From an uncultured Enterobacteriaceae bacterium (GTDB lineage Bacteria > Myxococcota_A > UBA9042), in assembly GCA_964560875.1 (NCBI GenBank), contig CAZLMW010000005.1, forward strand, positions 3,882 to 67,881: DNA of 64,000 bases, given 5' to 3'. This document shows, in pieces, positions 45,122 to 55,200 of the stretch. A model generated the notes under the pieces. It had not been told where the DNA came from, did not search any database, and saw only the letters and a list, made by a program, of their open reading frames with translations. The stretch's first letter is position 1. Every line of letters begins with the position of its first letter. The translations under genes were made by a program, and so were the position numbers.

Positions 45122-46432
45122 TCAATCGCGCCGCACGGGCGGTCGCGGTGCGGTTTGCAGATCATCGTCGGGATCGGTCGCGTGCTCGGTCGATTCCGGT
45201 TCGTGCGCAGAGGCCGTGTTGACGCCGATATGCGGCGCCCGTTCCGCTGCCGTTTCCGCCGCTTGCGGGAGCCGATGCCAGACGTCGAAAACGAAACAGC
45301 GGTGGCCAATGACGGCGGTCACCACGGAGCCGGTCACCCAACCGACCTGCAGGCGAACCGCAGGCAATCCGTCGGCCCGCAGAGCCTCGTGCAAGGTCGG
45401 GAGGTTCTCGGCGAGCGTCTGCATCGCGTCGTCCCCGGCGGTCGCGGCGCTGTCGAGCTCGTGCAGGTCGGCGACAAAGACCCGACCGGCCTCGAGCGTC
45501 TCGTACGGAGCGAAACCGACCGGAGTCATGACTTCCGTCGTCCAGGCCAACCACTCGTCCAACGAGCGCCATGTCGCCAGCGGGTTGTCGGCGGCCCGCA
45601 CCCCGCGCAACCCGACGGGGCGGACCGAGAGCACACAGGCGTAGTCGAACGCATCCAGATCGGCAGGGACGCCGGCGCGCGCGGCGATCGCCTGCAGCTG
45701 CGGCGGCAACAACACCGCCTCGAATCCGGCTGCGCGGGCCGTTCCCGTATCGAGCAGGTCATGAACGCGCACAAGGTGACGCGCTCGTCGCCAGCTTCGG
45801 CGCCGCACGATGTTGAGGACCCAGGCCAGGAACGTCGACACCACAACCGCCATGGCGATGTCCGTGAAGCTGTAACGATGCGCGACACCCCCGACGTTGG
45901 CGCCCGATGCAAACAGGGCGCCGCCGAACGCGATGACCGACGCCCACGTCGACCTCCATGTGTAGCGCAGCGGCAGCGGGATCGTCGGCGCGAGCATCAT
46001 CAGCAGCACGTACCCGCCCACATACTCGGCTCGCGCGCCGGTCAGCCCCGCGATCAGCCCCGATCCGACCTGCAGGTAGCCGAGCAGGGCGCCGGCCAGC
46101 AGCGTCGCTCGGGGAGGTCGCGGCGCGACGTAGCGGAGGGCCAGGACGAACGCCGCCGTTGCGGTCAACCCGACACGGATGTACGGCAGGGCGGTGGTTT
46201 CTGGAGCGAGGCCCCGGTCGAGCCACACGTACGGCAGCCACGCGGTCAGCGTCAGCAGCGCACCGGGCAATAAGACGCGGTTGGCCTGCGACTCGAGCTC
46301 GCGCTCGAACGTGTGCTCTCCCGGTCCGGTGTCGGGAAAGAGCCATCCGTCGGCGCGCGCCGCCAGTCGTGACGATGAGCCGTTGGCGCCGGGTTCATCC
46401 GACGCAACCGTCGTTGTCTGCGCGCTGTCCAT
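45122..46432 (-). CDS. Membrane-anchored class III adenylate/guanylate cyclase
   Basis: N-terminal 6 TM, then a cyclase fold (VFVADLHELD, VGWVTGSVVTAVIG, FVFDVWHRLPQAAETAAE). Confidence 0.65.
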   Translation of the reverse strand: MDSAQTTTVASDEPGANGSSSRLAARADGWLFPDTGPGEHTFERELESQANRVLLPGALLTLTAWLPYVWLDRGLAPETTALPYIRVGLTATAAFVLALRYVAPRPPRATLLAGALLGYLQVGSGLIAGLTGARAEYVGGYVLLMMLAPTIPLPLRYTWRSTWASVIAFGGALFASGANVGGVAHRYSFTDIAMAVVVSTFLAWVLNIVRRRSWRRARHLVRVHDLLDTGTARAAGFEAVLLPPQLQAIAARAGVPADLDAFDYACVLSVRPVGLRGVRAADNPLATWRSLDEWLAWTTEVMTPVGFAPYETLEAGRVFVADLHELDSAATAGDDAMQTLAENLPTLHEALRADGLPAVRLQVGWVTGSVVTAVIGHRCFVFDVWHRLPQAAETAAERAPHIGVNTASAHEPESTEHATDPDDDLQTAPRPPVRRD

Positions 46433-46508
46433 CGCCTTCCAGGGTGGCCGTACTATACCTCAGCACATCGCGTCATAACCAAGCGGTCGCGGTCGCGTAT
46501 TGAGCCCC

Positions 46509-47489
46509 TCACGGCCCGATACAATCGCCCGCATTGGCGTCGAGAAACGATCGCATTTTGGCCACATAGGTGGCGTAGCCGATCTCTGGAACACCCATCG
46601 CCGCGATGCCGTGACGCGCCCCTTCGGGCGCCCAGAACACGCCGGTGCCGGGCGCCGCGTCGATCAGCTTGGCGCCATCAGCCTCGGGGAACTTCTCGTC
46701 GTCGGTACCGTACATTCCGAACACAGGGCCGGCGTACCCCGCGATCTTGCGGATGTTGTCCAGGTGGCCGCTAGACAGGAACGACTCGGGCAAAGAGAGC
46801 GCTGCGTTGCTGCCCACGATGGCTTCGATCGAGGTAAACGCCCCCTCGAGCAGCAGGGCACACGGCTTGCCATGCGCCGCCATCTCCACCGCTGGCACGC
46901 CGCCCAGTGAAAAGCCATAGCTCACGATCCGCTTGCCGTCGGGCGCGAGCGCCTTGACCCGGTCAAAGACCACGCGCGCGTCGCCCACGAGTTCGGCGGG
47001 CGTACCCACATCCGCCGGCAGGCTCTTGCCGTACCCGCGGTAGTCCCAAACGAAGAGGTTGAACCCCGCCTCGTACAGCATCCGAACCCGCGGCAGGTAG
47101 TGCTCGATCCCCGCGAAGTTGCCGTGGTTGTAGATGATCGTTGTCTTCGCGAGCGTCTTGTCGTCGCCGTGGCTGGTCAGGAAGTAGCCGTCGAGTTCGA
47201 CCCCATCATCGCCGGGTTTGATGACGACGCGCTTGACGAGTTCCTGGGGCACGGGCCGGATGGTGTGACCGCCGGCCAGCGTCTTTTCGCGCCATGGATA
47301 CGTGCGCTGCCATGCGTAGGAATCCGCGCACGGCACGCACACCTTGTCCCAGATCTCGGCCTCGTTCTCGCAGGTCGTTGGCCCAACGGTGGTGCAGTGC
47401 ACCGGGTCCCAAACGAAGCCATCGAGATCGGCGCAGCCCGTTGTCGCGACCACGGCTGAAGCCGCGAGGACGAGCAGTCGGACATCCAT
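46509..47489 (-). CDS. Alpha/beta-hydrolase lipoprotein
   Basis: Lipobox VATTGC. HGNFAGIEH ... GFSLGG nucleophile elbow. Confidence 0.7.
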   Translation of the reverse strand: MDVRLLVLAASAVVATTGCADLDGFVWDPVHCTTVGPTTCENEAEIWDKVCVPCADSYAWQRTYPWREKTLAGGHTIRPVPQELVKRVVIKPGDDGVELDGYFLTSHGDDKTLAKTTIIYNHGNFAGIEHYLPRVRMLYEAGFNLFVWDYRGYGKSLPADVGTPAELVGDARVVFDRVKALAPDGKRIVSYGFSLGGVPAVEMAAHGKPCALLLEGAFTSIEAIVGSNAALSLPESFLSSGHLDNIRKIAGYAGPVFGMYGTDDEKFPEADGAKLIDAAPGTGVFWAPEGARHGIAAMGVPEIGYATYVAKMRSFLDANAGDCIGP

Positions 47490-47493
47490 CGGT

Positions 47494-48180
47494 TCACATC
47501 GCATAGCCCACCCCTACCGTAAAGCCGAGCGCGCCATTGCCCGTCAGCCAGTCCACCGCATCAGCTTGTTTGGGCAGGTTGACCCCCCACCACCTCGCTT
47601 CGAGCTGGAGCTGCCAGCCACCTCGCTCTCCCGGGTCCATGCGAGCCCCCACCGCGGGCGTCAGCAGCACCTTCGGCAGACCGAAATCCGTCGTCTGGGA
47701 CAGCGAGGCGTAGACCAGGTGGTCGCCGATATCCCAGGCGGCCGTGACCCCCGCTTCATTGGCTGTCCACAACGCGGTGTCGGACACGCGCTTGCCCTCA
47801 GCCGTCAGCGGATTCGCCGCGATGTATTGGCGGGCAGAAAGCGCGAGCGACGGCCTCAGTCCGGCGGCCCCGAGCATCAGCCACGAGGCGCCGATGTGAC
47901 CTTGCACGATGCCGAAGGCGAGCGGGGTGACGTTCAAGCCGATCGTCGCGTCAGCTGCCTTCCCCGCGATGCGACCCACGCTGGCGCGTCCCTCCACCAC
48001 CGCCATCGGCAGCGGGAGCGGCGAACCTCCGAGGAGCACGGGCGGTCCGAATAGGGAGAGCGCGACCTGCTTGCGGCCTGGCTCCAACGGCCGGGCGCTG
48101 TTCCAGGTTGCGCATCCCGTGGCGATGGCCATGGTGCCGCTCAGTGCGACGATCGTCGGCCAAGCCTGGTATCGGTCCAT
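47494..48180 (-). CDS. Hypothetical lipoprotein / small OM beta-protein
   Basis: ATG at 48180. Signal peptide ALSGTMAIATGC. The long 5' extension of the tracked ORF is discounted. Confidence 0.5.
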   Translation of the reverse strand: MDRYQAWPTIVALSGTMAIATGCATWNSARPLEPGRKQVALSLFGPPVLLGGSPLPLPMAVVEGRASVGRIAGKAADATIGLNVTPLAFGIVQGHIGASWLMLGAAGLRPSLALSARQYIAANPLTAEGKRVSDTALWTANEAGVTAAWDIGDHLVYASLSQTTDFGLPKVLLTPAVGARMDPGERGGWQLQLEARWWGVNLPKQADAVDWLTGNGALGFTVGVGYAM

Positions 48181-48417
48181 CGCGTCCCCTTCCACCGCAC
48201 CATCCGTGGCGTGCGCTGAGGGATCGACAGTGTAGGACCCGTTCCAGTCCTTCGTGCGGGCGCAAACACGCTGAAAGAACAACAGATTTGTAGGCCAAGA
48301 ACGGACCGGGCCCGCCGCGATGGACGGGCCCGACCGACGGGTTTCGAGGGGCAGGTATGTGGCACCTGTCCCGCAATCGTGACAGCTACGTTGTACGCGC
48401 GCTACGGGCGATAAGGC

Positions 48418-49149
48418 GTGAAATTCGAATCCGGTGGGGGCATTTGCAAGGCCCGCGTCACCGCGGCCGTGGTCGTCCGTTTCTACATTCCCGAGGGGCT
48501 CTCGATGCTTGACGGCGTCGACGCCTTCGCGATTGCGAAGCTGACGTCGTGCGGCAAATTGCAGTGGTACCGGCGCTACGACGGCGGCAAGGACAACGGC
48601 GCGCGGGAACTTGGCCGCGGGCTCCACGTTGTGCCGGACGGCTATGTCATGTCCGGCGTCCGACACTGGCCCGGGGACGGCTACGCGTTCTGGCTCGCGA
48701 AGGCCAACAAGAGCGGTCAACTCGTATGGGATCGGTACGTGGGCGGTACTCACGACGGGGTCGTGAGCGGCAAACCCAGCGACAACTACGCCCACTTGAA
48801 CCTTGGTGCAGCCGGGCCTGGCGGGTTCTTCTTGGCCGGCTGGACACAAGCTCCAAACCCGAAGTCACAGAAGCTCCAAGCGACCCCGTGGCTTCTTCGC
48901 CTGACCCCGACCGGCCACGACAGCTGTGGCGGCGTCGACCTGTGCGCGGGGAAGGTCGTGTCCGAGATGTGCGACGACAACAAGCCGTGCACGATCGACA
49001 GTTGCCTTCCGGACAAAGGCTGTGTGCACACGTCGCGCGCCAACTTCTCCTGGTGCGGCAATCACTACCTGGCCGACGCAGACAAGGTCGTGCCCTGGAG
49101 CTGCAGCGCTGGGTCGTGCGTTCCCGATTGGGTAGGACCGCTGCCCTGA
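48418..49149 (+). CDS. Hypothetical protein carrying one CDDNKPCTIDSC..GC repeat of the same type as the giant downstream lipoprotein
   Basis: GTG start, no signal peptide. C-terminal CDDNKPCTIDSCLPDKGCVHT module. Confidence 0.4.
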   Translation: MKFESGGGICKARVTAAVVVRFYIPEGLSMLDGVDAFAIAKLTSCGKLQWYRRYDGGKDNGARELGRGLHVVPDGYVMSGVRHWPGDGYAFWLAKANKSGQLVWDRYVGGTHDGVVSGKPSDNYAHLNLGAAGPGGFFLAGWTQAPNPKSQKLQATPWLLRLTPTGHDSCGGVDLCAGKVVSEMCDDNKPCTIDSCLPDKGCVHTSRANFSWCGNHYLADADKVVPWSCSAGSCVPDWVGPLP

Positions 49150-49281
49150 TGATCCCCGGGACAGCGGTGAGGATCGTATGAGTCGGGCTGTGACGCGCCC
49201 CTGCCAGCGATCCGCGGCACATGTGGTCGCGAGGTTGCAAATAACCTACATTGTTGCTGCCCCACGCCGCCGGAGTCCTTC

Positions 49282-52200
49282 ATGACCGCTCGTTTCACGC
49301 CCGCGGCCGCGCGCCGTTACCCCATCGCGTGCCTTTGCATCGCTTCCCTCGCGCTGACCGCCTGCGGCAGCGATGAACCGGTCGACGGCCCCCTGGCTTC
49401 GACAAACGTCGACTCGGGCCCGGCCGATACCGGACAGACCGACACCGGCGTCCAGGACTCGGGGACCACCGACACCGGGGTCAACGACACCACGCCCACG
49501 GACACGGGGACCACCGACACCGGGGTCAAGGACACCAACCCGAACGTCGACGTCCAGCCGGTGGACACCAAGCCGCCGGTCGACGCCAAGCCCGACACCA
49601 AGCCGCCGACCGACGCCGCGCCCGAGTGCACCAACGCCACCGACTGCGTCCCGTCCACCGATCCGTGCAAGGTCGCCGCGTGCACGTCCGGCCAGTGCGT
49701 GCTCGCCGATGGGCCCGACGGCAAGGAATGCACCGACGACGACGCCTGCACCGGCCCGGACCTGTGCAAGACCGGCGTGTGTCTGCCCGGCAAAGCGACC
49801 CAGTGCGACGACGCGAACGCTTGCACGCTCGACAACTGCGACAAGAACAAGGGCTGCAGCCACACCAACGTCTCGCTGCCCTGCGATGACGGCAGCAAGT
49901 GCACTTTGGCCGACCAGTGCAAGGACGGCGCGTGTCTCGCCGGGGCCACGGCCGAATGCGACGACGCAAACCCATGCACCGACAACACCTGCGAGCCCGC
50001 GATCGGCTGCGTGACGACCGCTACCACCAAGCCATGCGACGACGCAAACGCGTGCACGCTCGGCGACAAGTGCAGCGCGAAGGTCTGCCTGCCCGGCACG
50101 GTCACCAACTGCAACGACGACAACCCATGCACGACGGACGCGTGCGACAGCAAGACCGGCTGCACCCAGGCGTTCAACAAGGTGCCTTGCTCGGACAACG
50201 ACGCCTGCACCATCAAGGACGCCTGCAAGGACGGCAGCTGCAAGCCGGGCACCAAGCTCGACTGCGACGACTCCAACCCCTGCACCGCGGACGCCTGCGA
50301 CGCGCAATCGGGCTGCACGACCAAACCGAACACCGCGACCTGCGATGACAACAACCTGTGCACCGAAGACGACAGCTGCAAAGGCGGAAAATGCCTGCCC
50401 GGCAAGTCCAAGTCGTGCAGCGACGGCAACCCGTGCACCACCGATAGCTGCGACCCGGCGACCGGCTGCGCATTCAAGCTCAACAGCGGGCAGTGCGACG
50501 ACGGCAACGCGTGCACCGACTTCGACATCTGCAAGAGCGGCAAGTGCCGCGGCGTCGCCAAGGACACCAAGACCGACTGCAACGACGCCAACCCATGCAC
50601 GACCGACGCGTGCGATCCCGGCTCGGCCCAGGTGAAGGGCAAGGGCTGCGTACACACCAACAACACCGCCAAGTGCGACGATGGCAACGCCTGCAGCGCC
50701 GGAGACGCCTGCAAAGACGGCAAGTGCGCGGCCGGCAAAAACGTCTGCGCCTGCACCGAAGACAAGCACTGCGCCCCGTCCAACCCCAAGAACCCGTGCC
50801 TCGGCACGCTGTTCTGCGACAAGTCCGCGGCGCCGTTCAAGTGCAAGCTCAACCCGGCTTCAGTGGTCAAGTGCAGCGGCGCCGGTGACACGTTGTGCGC
50901 CAAGAACCAGTGCGATCCCAAGGACCTCAAGTGCAAGGTGACGCCGATCGCCGAGGGCCAGTCCTGCAACGCCGACAACTCGGTCTGCACCGTTGGCGAC
51001 GCCTGCAAGAACGGCAAATGCGCGCCCGGCAAAGCGCTCGCCTGCAACGACGCCAACCCGTGCACCAACGACGCCTGCGACCCCAAAGCCGGCTGCGTGA
51101 ACACCGCGAATTCGGCGCCCTGCAACGCGGACGGCAACCCCTGCACCGTCGGCGATGTGTGCGTGGCCAAGGCGTGCACGGCGGGCAAGAAGAAGGACTG
51201 CGACGACGGCGACAAGTGCAGCGACGACTCCTGCGACAAGAAGTCCGGCAAGTGCGTCAACGACAAGATCGCCGGCTGCGGCGGTCACTGCCAGGAAGAC
51301 AAGCACTGCGACGACGGCACGACCTGCACGACCGAGTCCTGCGCCAAGGCCAAGGGGGCCGCGTGGGGCAAGTGCGCGTACAAGAACCAGCCCGGCAAGT
51401 GCACCGACTTCAACGCCTGCACCGCGGCCGACCACTGCGTCGCGGGCAAATGCGTCGGCACGGCCAAGTCCTGCAGCGACGGCAACCCCTGCACCAACGA
51501 CGGCTGCGACCCGACCAGCGGCTGCACGTTCCCGCACAACACCGCGCCTTGCGACGACTTCGACAAGTGCACCCAGGGCGACCAGTGCAAGGCAGGCAAG
51601 TGCGCGGCAGGCACCCCCAAGAAGTGCGACGACGCCGACAAATGCACCAAGAACGCCTGCAACCCTGCGGACGGGGCCTGCAGCTTCAAGGGCATCGCGG
51701 GCTGCGGCGGCTACTGCGATACCGCGGCGGACTGCGACGACAAGAACCCGTGCACGACCGCGCAATGCAACAAGGGCAAATGCGTCTCATCGGTCAAGGC
51801 GGGCGGCTGCGAGGACGGCAACAAGTGCACGCTGAGCGACAAGTGTTCGGCCGGCAAGTGTGTCTCGGGCAGCAAGAAGAGCTGCGATGACAAGAACGCG
51901 TGCACCACCGATTCGTGCGACACCAAGACCGGTCAGTGCGCCAACAAGCCGCTCAAGGCCGGCGACAGCTGCAACGACAACAACAAGTGCAGCACCAAGG
52001 ACGTGTGCAAGCTCGTCAGCGGCAAGCTGCAGTGCGGGGGTACGACCAAGAACTGCGACGACGGCAACAAGTGCACCGACGACGCGTGCGACGCGAAAAC
52101 CGGCAACTGCCAGCCCAAGGTCAACACCCTGCCGTGCGAAGACGGCAACAAGTGCACCGCGGGCGACCGCTGCAAGGACGGCAAGTGCGTCACCGGCGCC

Positions 52201-55200
52201 AAGGTCTACGTCGACACGTTCGCGGGTTCGGGGCCCATCCATGGCAACAAGGGCGGATTCGTCGACGGGCCTGGCAACAAGGCCAAGTTCAGCTACCCGC
52301 TTGGCGTCGCAGTCAACAGCAAGGGCGTCGTCTACGTCGCCGACGCGTCCAACCACCGGATTCGCCGCATCGCCGCCGACGGCACCGTGAGCACCGCGGC
52401 TGGTTCGGGTAAAGCTGGCCTGCTCGACGCGAAGGGCACCGCCGCCTGGTTCAACGCGCCTTATGGCGTCGCTATCGGGCCGGGCGATGAGGTGTTCGTC
52501 GCCGACCAGGCCAACTACAGCATCCGCAAGATCGCGACCGACGGCACCGTTTCAACCGTCGCGGGATCGGGCCAGGGGGGGCACGTCAACGGCGACGCGG
52601 CCAAGGCGCGGTTCAACCGACCGTTCGGCGTGGCGGTCAGCAAGGCCGGCACCATCTTCGTCGCGGACACCTACAACCACCGCATTCGTCGCATCGCTTT
52701 CGGGCAGGTAACGACACTCGCGGGCAGCGGCGGGGCAGGGTTCACCAACGGCACGCCGACCAAGGCGCGCTTCTACTACCCGATCGGGGTCGCTATCGAC
52801 GCTGGTGGCAACGTGCTCGTCGCCGACCAGAGCAACCATCGCATCCGCCGCGTCGACGCCAAGGGCAACGTCACCACGTTCGCCGGCACGGGCGGCTACG
52901 GCTCGCTCAACGGCAGCGCGACCAAGGCCACGTTCCGCAACCCGTGGGGCATCGCGGTCGACAACGCGGGCGTGGTTTGGATCGGCGATCGCTACAGCCA
53001 TCGCATCCGGCGCATCGCGGGCGGTGTGGTCACCACTTTTGCTGCCAGCGGCGCCGCGGGCTTCGTCGATGGGGCCGCGAACACCGCGCGCCTGTACTAC
53101 CCGTCCGGGGTTGCCGTCGACGCCGGCGGAACCCTCTACATCGCCGACCAATACACCCACCGTGTGCGACGTGTGCGCGATTCGACCGCGCCATGCCTCA
53201 TCGGCGGCAGCTGCTACGCCAACGGCGCGGCGAACCCGGCCAACGGCTGCGAACGCTGCGTCGCCAAGACGTCATCGACCAAGTGGACGGCGGGCGGCGA
53301 CGGCAACGCGTGCTCGGACGGCGATGTCTGCACCGCGGCCGACAAGTGCAGCGGCGGCTCCTGCAAGGGCAGCGCCAAGGTCTGCAACGACAGCGACAAG
53401 TGCACCCTCGACAGCTGCGACAAGAGCACCGGTCAGTGCGTGTTCGCGCCGATTAACAAGTGCGGCGGCAACTGCAAGGGCGCCAGCGACTGTGCCGACA
53501 ACAACCCGTGCACCATCGACAAGTGCACCAACGGCAAGTGCGCGAACAGCAACGCGGACGGACTTGTCTGCAACGACGGCAACAGCTGCACCCTCGGCGA
53601 CGCCTGCAAGGGCGGCAAGTGCCAGCCCGGCGCGTCCAACAGCGTCTCGACCCATGCCGGCAGCGGCGTCGCGGCGTTGACCGACGGCAAGGGCATAAAA
53701 GCCAGCTTCAACTACCCGCGCGGCGTCGATGTTGGCGTGAAGGGCGAGCTGTGGGTCGCTGAAGGCCACTCCCACCGCATCCGCAAGGTCGCTGCGGACG
53801 GCACGGTCACGACGGTGGCCGGGTCCGGTGTCGCTGGATTCGCGGACGGCAAGCTCGCCGGCGCGATGTTCCAGTGGCCGCACGACGTCTCGTTCGCCAA
53901 GGCCGGCGTGATCCACGTCGCCGACGGTAGCAATCACCGCATTCGCACGGTCGACACGGCCAAGGGCGTGGTGACGACACTGGCCGGAATTGGCGCCGGT
54001 TTCACGGATGGTCCGGCCGCCAAGGCGCGGTTCAACAACCCGTACAGCCTCGCGACCGCACCCAACGGCACGGTTTTCGTCGCGGACTACAGCAACCACC
54101 GCATCCGCGCGATCTCGCCAGCCGGGGGTGTCAGCACGCTTGCCGGCGGCGCCAAGGGCTTCGTCAACGGCACCGGCAGCAAAGCGCGCTTCAACGGCCC
54201 GATCGGCATCGCGCTCGACCAGCAGGGGCGCGTCGTCGTGTCCGATTACAGCAACCACTCGATCCGCCGCGTCACCATGCAAGGCGTCGTGACCACGATC
54301 GGCGGCACTGGGGTCGCCGGGTATCGCGACGGTTCGGCCGGTGTCTCGCGCTTCCGCTACCCCTGGGGCATCACCACGGATTCAGCCGGGCGCGTTTTCG
54401 TGGCCGACCGACACAACCATCGCATTCGGGCGATCCATCCCAACGGCACGGTGACCCGCATCGCTGGCACAACCGCCGGGTTCCTCGATGGCGACGGCCT
54501 GACCAAGGCGCGACTGCACTACCCGATGGGGCTCGCCGCGGACGCCAACGGCACGCTGTGGGTGGGCGACTACAGCACGCGCAGGATCCGCAAGGTCGTG
54601 CCCTCGGCGAACGCCTGCTCGATCGGTGGCGCCTGCTACGCAAACGGCATTGGTTCCCCGACCAACGGCTGCCAGGCATGCGCCGGACAAACCAACAGCA
54701 AGGCGTGGACCGCGCGGGCCGACGGCGCCGTTTGCTCCGATGGTGACGTGTGCAGCGGCAAGGACGCCTGCGCCAGCGGCAAGTGCGCGAGCAAGAAGAC
54801 CAACTGCGACGACGGCAACAAGTGCACCAAGGACTTCTGCGACCACCTCGGCGTGTGCCGCAACGAGCCGATCGTCGGCTGCGACGGCTTCTGCTACCAG
54901 CACGCGGATTGCGACGACAAGAACGTGTGTACCGACGACGTCTGCAACGCCAACAAGTGCGCCAACCCGACCAACGTCAAACCGTGCGAGGACGGGGTCT
55001 CCTGCACGCTCGGCGACACGTGCAGCGGCGGTAAGTGCAAGCCAGGAACCGCCGTCTGGACGTCGACCATCGCGGGCAATGGAAAGGCCGGCTTCAAGGA
55101 CGGGAAGGTGACCGACGCGCAGTTCTACTATCCGCTCGGGATCGCGGTCGACAGCGGCAAGGGCCATGTCTACGTCGCCGACAACAGCAACCACCGCCTG